Origin: Isurus oxyrinchus
Lineage: Eukaryota
Assembly: GCA_026770705.1 (NCBI GenBank)
Contig: JANJGN010000163.1
Coordinates: 248,001-312,000 of the forward strand
Direction of reading: 5' to 3'
DNA length: 64,000 bases
Below, piece after piece: positions 30,001-44,089 of this stretch (position 1 is its first letter; each line of letters begins with the position of its first letter). The notes beneath the pieces are model-generated. The model worked only from the letters and a program-made list of their open reading frames with translations. It did not search any database and was not told where the DNA came from. Made by a program: the position numbers and the translations under genes.

Positions 30001-33000
30001 TCAGACTTGGGATGTCAACTTGGAATTGACAATCTAATTAGATATCAGACTTGGGATGTCAACCTGGAATTGACAATCTAATTAGAAATCAGACTTGGGA
30101 TGTCGACTTGGAATTGACAATCGAATTAGATATCAGACTTGGGATGTCAATCTGGAATTGACAATCTAATTAGATATCAGACTTGGGATGTCAACCAGCT
30201 ATTGACAATCTAATTAGATATCAGACTTGGGATGTCAACTTGGAATTGACAATCTAATTAGCTATCAAACTTGGGATGTCAACCTGGAATTGACAATCTA
30301 ATTAGATATCAAACTTGGGATGTCAACTTGGAATTGACAATCTAATTAGATATCAGACTTGGGATGTCAACCTGGAATTGACAATCTAATTAGATATCAA
30401 AATTGGGATGTCAACCTAGAATTGACAATCTAATTAGATATCAGACTTGGGATGTCAACCTGGAATTGACAATCTAATTAGATATCACACTTGGGATATC
30501 AACCTGGAATTGACAATCTAATTAGATATCAGACTTGGGATTTCAACCTGGAATTGACAATCTAATTAGATATCAGACTTGGGATGTCAACCTGGAATTG
30601 ACAATCTCATTAGATATCAGACTTGGGATGTCAACCTGGAATTGACAATCTAATTAGATATCAGACTTGGGATGTCAACCTGGAATTGACAATCTAATTA
30701 GATATCAGACTTGGGATGTCAACTTGGAATTGACAATCTAATTAGATATCAGACTTGGCATGTCAACCTGGAATTGACAATCTAATTAGAAGTCAGACTT
30801 GGGATGTCAACTTGGAATTGACAATCTCATTAGATATCAGACTTGGGATGTCAACCTGGAATTGACAATCTAATTAGATATCAGACTTGGGATGTCAACT
30901 TGGAAGTGACAATCTAATTAGATATCAGACTTGGGATGTCAACCTGGAATTGACAATCTAATTAGATATCAGACTTGGGATGTCAACTTGGAATTGACAA
31001 TCTAATTAGATATCACACTTGGGATGTCAACCTGGATTTGACAATCTAATTAGATATCAGACTTGGGATGTCAACCTGGAATTGACAATCTAATTAGATA
31101 TCAGACTTGGGATGTCAACCTGGAATTGACAATCTAATTAGATATCAGAATTGGGATGTCAACCTGGAATTGACAATCTAATTAGAAATCAGACTTGGGA
31201 TGTCGACTTGGAATTGACAATCTAATTAGATATCAGACTTGGGATGTCAATCTGGAATTGACAATCTAATTAGATATCAGACTTGGGATGTCAACCTGCT
31301 ATTGAAAATCTAATTAGATATCAGACTTGGGATGTCAACTTGGAATTGACAATCTAATTAGATATCAAACTTGGGATGTCAACCTGGAATTGACAATCTA
31401 ATTAGATATCAAACTTGGGATGTCAACTTGGAATTGACAATCTAATTAGATATCAGACTTGGGATGTCAACCTAGAATTGACAATCTAATTAGATATCAC
31501 ACTTGGGATGTCAACCTGGATTTGACAATCTAATTAGATATCAGACTTGGGATGTCAACTTGGAATTGACAATCTAATTAGATATCACACTTGGGATGTC
31601 AACCTGGATTTGACAATCTAATTAGATATCAGACTTGGGATGTCAACCTGGAATTGACAATCTAATTAGATATCAAACTTGGGATGTCAACCTGGAATTG
31701 ACAATCTAATTAAATATCAGACTTGGGATGTTAACCTGGAATTGACAATATAATTAGATATCACACTTGGGATGTCAACCTGGATTTGACAATCTAATTA
31801 GATATCAGACTTGGGATGTCAACCTGGAATTGACAATCTAATTAGATATCAGACTTGGGATGTCAACCTGGAATTGACAATCTCATTAGATATCAGACTT
31901 GGGATGTCAACCTGGAATTGACAATCTAATTAGATATCAGACTTGGGATGTCAACTTGGAATTGACAATCTAATTAGATATCAAACTTGGGATGTCAACC
32001 TGGAAATGACAATCTAATTAGATATCAGACTTGGGATGTCAATCTGGAATTGACAATCTAATTAGATATCAGACTTGGGGTGTCAACTTGGAATTGACAA
32101 TCTAATTAGATATCAAACTTGGGATGTCAACCTGGAATTGACAATCTAATTAGATATCAAACTTGGGATGTCAACTTGGAATTGACAATCTAATTAGATA
32201 TCAAACTTGGGCTGTCAACCTGGAATTGACAATCTAATTAGATATCAAACTTGGGATGTCAACCTGGAATTGACAATCTAATTAGATATCAGACTTGGGA
32301 TGTCAACCTGGAATTGACAATCTAATTAGATATCAAAATTGGGATGTCAACCTAGAATTGACAATCTAATTAGATATCAGACTTGGGATGTCAACCTGGA
32401 ATTGACAATCTAATTAGATATCAGACTTGGGATATCAACCTGGAATTGACAATCTAATTAGATATCAGACTTGGGATGTCAACCTGGAATTGACAATCTA
32501 ATTAGATATCAGACTTGGGATGTCAACCTAGAATTGACAATCTCATTAGATATCAGACTTGGGATGTCAACCTGGAATTGACAATCTAATTAGATATCAG
32601 ACTTGGGATGTCAACCTGGAATTGACAATCTAATTAGATATCAGACTTGGGATGTCAACTTGGAATTGACAATCTAATTAGATATCAGACTTGGCATGTC
32701 AACCTGGAATTGACAATCTAATTAGAAATCAGACTTGGGATGTCAACTTGGAATTGACAATCTAATTAGATATCAGACTTGGGATGTCAACCTGGAATTG
32801 ACAATCTAATTAGATATCAGACTTGGGATGTCAACTTGGAATTGACAATCTAATTAGATATCAGACTTGGGATGTCAACCTGGAATTGACAATCTAATTA
32901 GATATCAGACTTGGGATGTCAACTTGGAATTGACAATCTAATTAGATATCACACTTGGGATGTCAACCTGGATTTGACAATCTAATTAGATATCAGACTT

Positions 33001-36000
33001 GGGATGTCAACTTGGAATTGACAATCTAATTAGATATCAGACTTGGGATGTCAACCTGGAATTGACAATCTAATTAGAAATCAGACTTGGGATGTCGACT
33101 TGGAATTGACAATCTAATTAGATATCAGACTTGGGATGTCAATCTGGAATTGACAATCTAATTAGATATCAGACTTGGGATGTCAACCTGCTATTGACAA
33201 TCTAATTAGATATCAGACTTGGGATGTCAAGTTGGAATTGACAATCTAATTAGATATCAAACTTGGGATGTCAACCTGGAATTGACAATCTAATTAGATA
33301 TCAAAATTGGGATGTCAACTTGGAATTGACAATCTAATTAGATATCAGACTTGGGATGTCAACCTGGAATTGACAATCTAATTAGATATCAAACTTGGGA
33401 TGTCAACCTGGAATTGACAATCTAATTAGACATCAGACTTGGGATGTCAACCTGGAATTGACAATCTAATTAGATATCAGACTTGGGATGTCAACCGGGA
33501 ATTGACAATCTAATTAGATATCAAACTTGGGATGTCAACCTAGAATTGACAATCTAATTAGATATCAGACTTGGGATGTCAATCTAGAATTGACAATCTA
33601 ATTAGATAACAGACTTGGGATGTCAACCTGGAATTGACAATCTAATTAGATATCACACTTGGGATGTCAACCTGGATTTGACAATCTAATTAGATATCAG
33701 ACTTGGGATGTCAACCTGGAATTGACAATCTAATTAGATATCAGACTTGGGATGTCAACCTGGAATTGACAATCTCATTAGATATCAGACTTGGGATGTC
33801 AACCTGGAATTGACAATCTAATTAGATATCAGACTTGGGATGTCAACCTGGAATTGACAATCTAATTAGATATCAGACTTGGGATGTCAACCTGGAACTG
33901 ACAATCTAATTAGATATCAGACTTGGGATGTCAACCTGGAATTGACAATCTAATTAGATATCAGACTTGGGATGTCAACCTGGAATTGACAATCTAATTA
34001 GATATCAAACTTGGGATGTCAACCTGGAATTGACGATCTAATTAGATAACAGACTTGGGATGTCAACCTGGAATTGACAATCTAATTAGATGTCACACTT
34101 GGGATGTCAACCTGGATTTGACAATCTAATTAGATATCAGACTTGGGATGTCAACCTGGAATTGACAATCTAATTAGATATCAAAATTGGGATGTCAACC
34201 TAGAATTGACAATCTAATTAGATATCAGACTTGGGATGTCAACCTGGAATTGACAATCTAATTAGATATCACTCTTGGGATATCAACCTGGAATTGACAA
34301 TCTAATTAGATATCAGACTTGGGATGTCAACCTGGAATTGACAATCTAATTAGATATCAGACTTGGGATCTCAACCTGGAATTGACAATCTAATTAGAAA
34401 TCAGACTTGGGATGTCAACTTGGAATTGACAATCTAATTAGATATCAGACTTGGGATGTCAATGTGGAATTGACAATCTAATTAGATATCAGACTTGGGA
34501 TGTCAACTTGGAATTGACAATCTAATTAGATATCAGACTTGGGATGTCAACCTGGAATTGACAATCTAATTAGATATCAGACTTGGGATGTCAACTTGGA
34601 ATTGACAAACTAATTAGATATCACTCCTGGGATGTCAACCTGGATTTGACAATCTAATTAGATATCAGACTTGGGATGTCAACTTGGAATTGACAATCTA
34701 ATTAGATATCAGACTTGGGATGTCAACCTGGAATTGACAATCTAATTAGAAATCAGACTTGGGATGTCGACTTGGAATTGACAATCGAATTAGATATCAG
34801 ACTTGGGATGTCAATCTGGAATTGACAATCTAATTAGATATCAGACTTGGGATGTCAACCAGCTATTGACAATCTAATTAGATATCAGACTTGGGATGTC
34901 AACTTGGAATTGACAATCTAATTAGATATCAAACTTGGGATGTCAACCTGGAATTGACAATCTAATTAGATATCAAACTTGGGATGTCAACTTGGAATTG
35001 ACAATCTAATTAGATATCAGACTTGGGATGTCAACCTGGAATTGACAATCTAATTAGATATCAAAATTGGGATGTCAACCTAGAATTGACAATCTAATTA
35101 GATATCAGACTTGGGAAGTCAACCTGGAATTGACAATCTAATTAGATATCACACTTGGGATATCAACCTGGAATTGACAATCTAATTAGATATCAGACTT
35201 GGGATTTCAACCTGGAATTGACAATCTAATTAGATATCAGACTTGGGATGTCAACCTGGAATTGACAATCTCATTAGATATCAGACTTGGGATGTCAACC
35301 TGGAATTGACAATCTAATTAGATATCAGACTTGGGATGTCAACCTGGAATTGACAATCTAATTAGATATCAGACTTGGGATGTCAACTTGGAATTGACAA
35401 TCTAATTAGATATCAGACTTGGCATGTCAACCTGGAATTGACAATCTAATTAGAAGTCAGACTTGGGATGTCAACTTGGAATTGACAATCTCATTAGATA
35501 TCAGACTTGGGATGTCAACCTGGAATTGACAATCTAATTAGATATCAGACTTGGGATGTCAACTTGGAAGTGACAATCTAATTAGATATCAGACTTGGGA
35601 TGTCAACCTGGAATTGACAATCTTATTAGATATCAGACTTGGGATGTCAACTTGGAATTGACAATCTAATTAGATATCACACTTGGGATGTCAACCTGGA
35701 TTTGACAATCTAATTAGATATCAGACTTGGGATGTCAACCTGGAATTGACAATCTAATTAGATATCAGACTTGGGATGTCAACCTGGAATTGACAATCTA
35801 ATTAGATATCAGAATTGGGATGTCAACCTGGAATTGACAATCTAATTAGAAATCAGACTTGGGATGTCGACTTGGAATTGACAATCTAATTAGATATCAG
35901 ACTTGGGATGTCAATCTGGAATTGACAATCTAATTAGATATCAGACTTGGGATGTCAACCTGCTATTGAAAATCTAATTAGATATCAGACTTGGGATGTC

Positions 36001-39000
36001 AACCTGGAATTGACAATCTAATTAGATATCAGACTTGGGATGTCAACTTGGAATTGACAATCTAATTAGATATCAAACTTGGGATGTCAACCTGGAATTG
36101 ACAATCTAATTAGATATCAAACTTGGGATGTCAAGTTGGAATTGACAATCTAATTAGATATCAGACTTGGGATGTCAACCTAGAATTGACAATCTAATTA
36201 GATATCACACTTGGGATGTCAACCTGGATTTGACAATCTAATTAGATATCAGACTTGGGATGTCAACTTGGAATTGACAATCTAATTAGATATCACACTT
36301 GGGATGTCAACCTGGATTTGACAATCTAATTAGATATCAGACTTGGGATGTCAACCTGGAATTGACAATCTAATTAGATATCAAACTTGGGATGTCAACC
36401 TGGAATTGACAATCTAATTAAATATCAGACTTGGGATGTTAACCTGGAATTGACAATATAATTAGATATCACACTTGGGATGTCAACCTGGATTTGACAA
36501 TCTAATTAGATATCAGACTTGGGATGTCAACCTGGAATTGACAATCTAATTAGATATCAGACTTGGGATGTCAACCTGGAATTGACAATCTCATTAGATA
36601 TCAGACTTGGGATGTCAACCTGGAATTGACAATCTAATTAGATATCAGACTTGGGATGTCAACTTGGAATTGACAATCTAATTAGATATCAAACTTGGGA
36701 TGTCAACCTGGAAATGACAATCTAATTAGATATCAGACTTGGGATGTCAATCTGGAATTGACAATCTAATTAGATATCAGACTTGGGGTGTCAACTTGGA
36801 ATTGACAATCTAATTAGATATCAAACTTGGGATGTCAACCTGGAATTGACAATCTAATTAGATATCAAACTTGGGATGTCAACTTGGAATTGACAATCTA
36901 ATTAGATATCAAACTTGGGCTGTCAACCTGGAATTGACAATCTAATTAGATATCAAACTTGGGATGTCAACCTGGAATTGACAATCTAATTAGATATCAG
37001 ACTTGGGATGTCAACCTGGAATTGACAATCTAATTAGATATCAAAATTGGGATGTCAACCTAGAATTGACAATCTAATTAGATATCAGACTTGGGATGTC
37101 AACCTGGAATTGACAATCTAATTAGATATCAGACTTGGGATATCAACCTGGAATTGACAATCTAATTAGATATCAGACTTGGGATGTCAACCTGGAATTG
37201 ACAATCTAATTAGATATCAGACTTGGGATGTCAACCTGGAATTGACAATCTCATTAGATATCAGACTTGGGATGTCAACCTGGAATTGACAATCTAATTA
37301 GATATCAGACTTGGGATGTCAACCTGGAATTGACAATCTAATTAGATATCAGACTTGGGATGTCAACTTGGAATTGACAATCTAATTAGATATCAGACTT
37401 GGCATGTCAACCTGGAATTGACAATCTAATTAGAAATCAGACTTGGGATGTCAACTTGGAATTGACAATCTAATTAGATATCAGACTTGGGATGTCAACC
37501 TGGAATTGACAATCTAATTAGATATCAGACTTGGGATGTCAACTTGGAATTGACAATCTAATTAGATATCAGACTTGGGATGTCAACCTGGAATTGACAA
37601 TCTAATTAGATATCAGACTTGGGATGTCAACTTGGAATTGACAATCTAATTAGATATCACACTTGGGATGTCAACCTGGATTTGACAATCTAATTAGATA
37701 TCAGACTTGGGATGTCAACTTGGAATTGACAATCTAATTAGATATCAGACTTGGGATGTCAACCTGGAATTGACAATCTAATTAGAAATCAGACTTGGGA
37801 TGTCGACTTGGAATTGACAATCTAATTAGATATCAGACTTGGGATGTCAATCTGGAATTGACAATCTAATTAGATATCAGACTTGGGATGTCAACCTGCT
37901 ATTGACAATCTAATTAGATATCAGACTTGGGATGTCAAGTTGGAATTGACAATCTAATTAGATATCAAACTTGGGATGTCAACCTGGAATTGACAATCTA
38001 ATTAGATATCAAAATTGGGATGTCAACTTGGAATTGACAATCTAATTAGATATCAGACTTGGGATGTCAACCTGGAATTGACAATCTAATTAGATATCAA
38101 ACTTGGGATGTCAACCTGGAATTGACAATCTAATTAGATATCAGACTTGGGATGTCAACCTGGAATTGACAATCTAATTAGATATCAGACTTGGGATGTC
38201 AAGCTGGAATTGACAATCTAATTAGATATCAAACTTGGGATGTCAACCTAGAATTGACAATCTAATTAGATATCAGACTTGGGATGTCAACCTAGAATTG
38301 ACAATCTAATTAGATAACAGACTTGGGATGTCAACCTGGAATTGACAATCTAATTAGATAACACACTTGGGATGTCAACCTGGATTTGACAATCTAATTA
38401 GATATCAGACTTGGGATGTCAACCTGGAATTGACAATCTAATTAGATATCAGACTTGGGATGTCAACCTGGAATTGACAATCTCATTAGATATCAGACTT
38501 GGGATGTCAACCTGGAATTGACAATCTAATTAGATATCAGACTTGGGATGTCAACCTGGAATTGACAATCTAATTAGATATCAGACTTGGGATGTCAACC
38601 TGGAATTGACAATCTAATTAGATATCAGACTTGGGATGTCAACCTGGAATTGACAATCTAATTAGATATCAGACTTGGGATGTCAACCTGGAATTGACAA
38701 TCTAATTAGATATCAAACTTGGGATGTCAACCTGGAATTGACGATCTAATTAGATATCAGACTTGGGATGTCAACCTGGAATTGACAATCTAATTAGATG
38801 TCACACTTGGGATGTCAACCTGGATTTGACAATCTAATTAGATATCAGACTTGGGATGTCAACCTGGAATTGACAATCTAATTAGATATCAGATTTGGGA
38901 TGTCAACCTGGAATTGACAATCTCATTAGATATCAGACTTGGGATGTCAACCTGGAATTGACAATCTAATTAGATATCACACTTGGGATGTCAACTTGGA

Positions 39001-42000
39001 ATTGACAATCTAATTAGATATCAAACTTTGGATGTCAACCTGGAATTGACAATCAAATTAGATATCAGACTTGGGATGTCAATCTGGAATTGACAATCTC
39101 ATTAGATATCAGACTTGGAGTGTCAACTTGGAATTGACAATCTAATTAGATATCACACTTGGGATGTCAACCTGGATTTGACAATCTAATTAGATATCAG
39201 ACTTGGGATGTCAACCTGGAATTGACAATCTAATTAGATATCAAACTTGGGATGTCAACCTGGAATTGACAGTCTAATTAGATATCAGACTTGGGATGTC
39301 AACCTGGAATTGACAATCTAATTAGATATCAGACTTGGGATGTCAACCTGGAATTGACAATCTAATTAGATATCAGACTTGGGATGTCAACCTGGAATTG
39401 ACAATCTAATTAGATATCAGACTTGGGATGTCAACCTGGAATTGACAATCTAATTAGATATCAAACTTGGGATGTCAACCTGGAATTGACGATCTAATTA
39501 GATATCAGACTTGGGATGTCAACCTGGAATTGACAATCTAATTAGATATCACACTTGGGATGTCAACCTGGATTTGACAATCTAATTCGATATCAGACTT
39601 GGGATGTCAACCTGGAATTGACAATCTCATTAGATATCAGACTTGGGATGTCAACCTGGAATTGACAATCTAATTAGATATCAGACTTGGGATGTCACCC
39701 TGGAATTGACAATCTCATTAGATATCAGACTTGGGATGTCAACCTGGAATTGACAATCTAATTAGATATCAGACTTGGGATGTCAACTTGGAATTGACAA
39801 TCTAATTAGATATCAAACTTGGGATGTCAACCTGGAATTGACAATCTAATTAGATATCAGACTTGGGATGTCAATCTGGAATTGACAATCTAATTAGATA
39901 TCAGACTTGGGATGTCAACCTGGAATTGACAATCTAATTAGATATCAAACTTGGGATGTCAACCTGGAATTGACAATCTAATTAGATATCAGACTTGGGA
40001 TGTCAACCTGGAATTTACAATCTAATTAGATATCAAACTTGGGATGTCAACCTAGAATTGACAATCTAATTAGATATCATACTTGGGATGTCAACCTGGA
40101 ATTGACAATCTAATTAGATATGAAACTTGGGATGTCAACCTGGAATTGACAATCTAATTAGATATCAGACTTGGGATGTCAACCTGGAATTGACAATCTA
40201 ATTAGATATCAGACTTGGGATGTCAACCTGGAATTGAGAATCTAATTAGATATCAGTCTTGGGATGTCAACTTTGAATTGACAATCTAATTAGATATCAA
40301 ACTTGGGATGTCAACCTGGAATTGACGATCTAATTAGATATCAGACTTGGGATGTCAACCTGGAATTGACAATCTAATTAGATATCACACTTGGGATGTC
40401 AACCTGGATTTGACAATCTAATTAGATATCAGACTTGGGATGTCAACCTGGAATTGACAATCTAATTAGATATCAGACTTGGGATGTCAACCTGGAATTG
40501 ACAATCTCATTAGATATCAGACTTGGGAAGTCAACCTGGAATTGACAATCTAATTAGATATCAGACTTGGGATGTCAACTTGGAATTGACAATCTAATTA
40601 GCTATCAAACTTGGGATGTCAACCTGGAATTGACAATCTAATTAGATATCAGACTTGGGATGTCAATCTGGAATTGACAATCTAATTAGATATCAGACTT
40701 GGAGTGTCAACTTGGAATTGACAATCTAATTAGATATCACACTTGGGATGTCAACCTGGATTTGACAATCTAATTAGATATCAGACTTGGGATGTCAACC
40801 TGGAATTGACAATCTCATTAGATATCAAACTTGGGATGTCAACCTGGAATTGACAATCTAATTAGATATCAGACTTGGGATGTCAACCTGGAATTGACAA
40901 TCTAATTAGATATCAGACTTGGGATGTCAACCAGGAATTGACAATCTAATTAGATATCAGACTTGGGATGTCAACCTGGAATTGACAATCTAATTAGATA
41001 TCAGACTTGGGATGTCAACCTGGAATTGACAATCTAATTAGATATCAAACTTGGGATGTCAACCTGGAATTGACAATCTAATTAGATATCAAACTTGGGA
41101 TGTCAACCTGGAATTGACGATCTAATTAGATATCAGACTTGGGATGTCAACCTGGAATTGACAATCTAATTAGATATCAGACTTGGGATGTCAACCTGGA
41201 TTTGACAATCTAATTAGATATCAGACTTGGGATGTCAACCTGGAATTGACAATCTCATTAGATATCAGACTTGGGATGTCAACCTGGAATTGACAATCTC
41301 ATTAGATATCAGACTTGGGATGTCAACCTGGAATTGACAATCTAATTAGATATCAGACTTGGGATGTCAACTTGGAATTGACAATCTAATTAGATATCAA
41401 ACTTGGGATGTCAACCTGGAATTGACAATCTAATTAGATATCAGACTTGGGATGTCAATCTGGAATTGACAATCTAATTAGATATCAGACTTGGGGTGTC
41501 AACTTGGAATTGACAATCTAATTAGATATCAAACTTGGGATGTCAACCTGGAATTGACAATCTAATTACATATCAAACTTGGGATGTCAACTTGGAATTG
41601 ACAATCTAAGTAGATATCAGACTTGGGATGTCAACCTGGAATTGACAATCTAATTAGATATCAAACTTGGGATGTCAACCTCGAATTGACAATCTAATTA
41701 GATATCAGACTTGGGATGTCAACCTGGAATTGACAATCTAGTTAGATATCAAACTTGGGATGTCAACCTAGAATTGACAATCTAATTAGATATCAGACTT
41801 GGGATGTCAACCTGGAATTGACAATCTAATTAGATATCAAACTTGGGATGTCAACCTGGAATTGACAATCTAATTAGATATCAGACTTGGGATGTCAACC
41901 TGGAATTGACAATCTAATTAGATATCAGACTTGGGATGTCAACCTGGAATTGAGAATCTAATTAGATATCAGTCTTGGGATGTCAACTTTGAATTGACAA

Positions 42001-42269
42001 TCTAATTAGATATCAAACTTGGGATGTCAACCTGGAATTGACGATCTAATTAGATATCAGACTTGGGATGTCAACCTGGAATTGACAATCTAATTAGATA
42101 TCAGACTTGGGATGTCAACCTGGAATTGACAATCTAATTAGATATCAGACTTGGGATGTCAACCTGGAATTGACAATCTAATTAGATATCAGACTTGGGA
42201 TGTCAACCTGTAATTGACAATCTAATTAGATATCACACTTGGGATGTCAACCTGGAATTGACAATCTAA
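1..42269. repeat. 44-bp tandem satellite array (~960 monomers; starts before the window)
   Basis: The monomer GGGATGTCAACCTGGAATTGACAATCTAATTAGATATCAGACTT repeats head-to-tail. Phase is kept throughout: positions 1, 661, 1321 ... 42241 (multiples of 660 = 15x44) all start at the same monomer position. Only scattered substitutions are seen, and the ORF track has no ORFs here. Confidence 0.99.
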
Positions 42270-42498
42270 CGATGACTATGAATCCAATATCGATTGTCGT
42301 AAAACCCCATCTGCCTCACCAATGTCCCTTGAGGGAGGGAAATCTGCTGTCCTTACCCCGGTCTGGCCTACATGTGACTCCAGACCCACAGCAATGTGGT
42401 TAACTGTTAGAAATGCTCTCTGAACAAGGGCGGTTATGGATGGGTAAGAAATGCTGGCCTAGCCAGTGACGCCCACATCCCATGAATGAATAGGAAAA
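42250..42498 (+). mobile_element. 5'-truncated shark SINE (SacSINE1/Deu-SINE-like)
   Basis: The sequence GGAAATCTGCTGTCCTTACCCCGGTCTGGCCTACATGTGACTCCAGACCCACAGCAATGTGG...TGCTGGCCTAGCCAGTGACGCCCACATCCCATGAATGAAT resembles the elasmobranch SacSINE1 body and tail as I recall them. The tRNA-derived head is absent. Family name is from memory, not from a search. Confidence 0.75.
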
Positions 42499-42519
42499 GG
42501 ATTACTCACTGGCCACGCC

Positions 42520-43050
42520 TGCATCTGCTGTTCATTCCTGGTCGCCACTGGGGAGGGCGGGCTCAGGTTCCGCTTCTAGGTGGTAGGGACCGTGCGATTC
42601 GCAAGTGTGACTGAAGGAGCCTTGGTGGATTGTTTCTATGCATCTTGTATATTGTAGTGACTGTGTCCGTGTGTTGAATGTTGAAGGCGGCGGGTGCACT
42701 CACCATCCTGTTGGTCCGCTTTATCCTTCATTGCGCAGAGCTCCTGGAGAATAATTGGGATCTGCACTTATCGGTGCAAATGGAGTGTGAGCCATCACAG
42801 TGATGCCTTTTGTCTTGTAGTTGGAGGACAGGCTTTTTGAGTGCAGAATCCCCAGGCCCTGACCTGCTCCTGTAGCAGCAGCATTTACACGGATAGGCCA
42901 GTCCAGTTTCTGGTGAACGGTAACCCCTAGGGCGTTAGTGGCAGGGTTTAACTGATGTTCCTGTTGTTGAATATCTAGGTGCAATGGTTAGATTCTGTCT
43001 GTTGCAGACCATGGCCCATTGCCTGGGACATGTGTGTGCATGTGTCACCA
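42520..43050 (-). mobile_element. Decayed CR1/L2-group LINE ORF2 C-terminal fragment
   Basis: Minus ORF 42721-42984 (ALGVTVHQKLDWPIRVNAAATGAGQGLGILH...SLSSNYK) resembles the post-RT segment LGVTIDQKLNWxxHINxVAxRAGQRLGIL...SLSTIYK of CR1/L2-type LINEs. Confidence 0.7.
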
Positions 43051-43435
43051 GGCCAGGAAATGACCATTGTCCTACCGGTGCCGTGTTTGGGGGAAGGTTT
43101 GATGCATCTTCCTGGGTGAAGAGGCAGGTGTGGTTTTGCCTTGTGCTGCTGTAGGAAGCAATTCAGTCAGTTAAAAGCTAAATGCGGCAGATGCTGGAAA
43201 CCTGAAACATGCTTTTCCAGCTGGTCCACCGACCTCGGGTACTGAGGCCAATTGCATGGCTGTCGTGCTGCTACAATAGAATTGGAGGGACCCTGAGGGT
43301 CCAGGAATTACAGCTCTGTAGCTTCAGCCAGTTGAGTGCGCACCGTGAGGTTTGACAGGGGAGTTTCACACTGTCCTTATTCTGGCTGTGCTTATATGAT
43401 CCGTTCTCTCTCTCATCTTTTCCTTTCCTCCTCAG

Positions 43436-43736
43436 ACACTTGCAGGAGCGCCTCCTTACCCAGTGGGGGGTCCGGCTGTCTGTTGTACAGGGGCAGACGG
43501 CGGAGATGCACTGTTACCAGAACGACACTGAGCATATCAACATGTCCTGGTACTGTCAGCACCCCGGGGCAGGGCTGCAGCTCATGGTCACCTCGGTGGG
43601 TACCTCAGAGCCCAGGCCTGAAGAGGGGTTCAAGGAGAGGTTTGAAGTGACGAGACACAACACCAAGTGGTGCAGCCTGAAAATACTGAGCGTGGAGCTG
43701 ACTGACACTGCGGTTTATTACTGCGCTGCTGGTGAA
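43436..43736 (+). pseudogene. TRBV: TRBV pseudogene V1 (chimeric; 1-bp deletion near exon start; no leader found)
   Basis: A polypyrimidine acceptor ...TTCCTCCTCAG ends at 43435. The phase-1 frame reads DTCRSA, then shifts (GCC-TCCTTACC versus expected GCC CTC CTT ACC) and stops at 43648-43650. The V domain (..HCYQND..WYCQHPG..DTAVYYCAAGE) lies in the other frame (ORF 43440). No leader exon was recognised upstream. Confidence 0.85.
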
Positions 43737-43775
43737 CACAGAGACTCAAACAGGTGTAGATCTTGTTCAAAAATA
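43737..43775 (+). other. 23-RSS of V1 (CACAGAG-23-TCAAAAATA)
   Basis: Heptamer 43737-43743, 23-bp spacer, nonamer 43767-43775, directly after YYCAAGE. Confidence 0.88.
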
Positions 43776-44089
43776 TCCCCACTCTGTTCTACTGGGAGCT
43801 AAAACCTCTGTAAACTCCAGTAAGTGGTGGTGCTGCAACCACCTGGATATTGGTGAAGATCTATGTGGTTTTTACTGCAACCTTCCCAGTGGATAAAATG
43901 TCCCAACGCCTCTCAGTCTGTCCTGAATGACAAGTCCAAACCTACCTCCCACAGCAAATCCTTTCCATAATGAAGACCAATAAAAACAAAGAGGCTGGAA
44001 TAAGCGGCGGATTATACAGGGCAGCGCCCTCCCCCCGGCCTATCGCACCTATTTGAAACTGTTCTAAGGGTTCATCTCATTCCAACAGT

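Noticed and set aside
1-42269. CRISPR array or prokaryotic operator array (palindromic repeats, TTGACA -35-like hexamer)
   Set aside because: There are no unique spacers and the repeats are contiguous. The flanks are clearly vertebrate (spliced TCR V genes, SINE/LINE elements), and no cas genes are present.
43867-43891. Inverted RSS-like GGTTTTTAC...CCCAGTG downstream of type-A-ending V genes
   Set aside because: The spacer is only 9 bp and the heptamer is poor.
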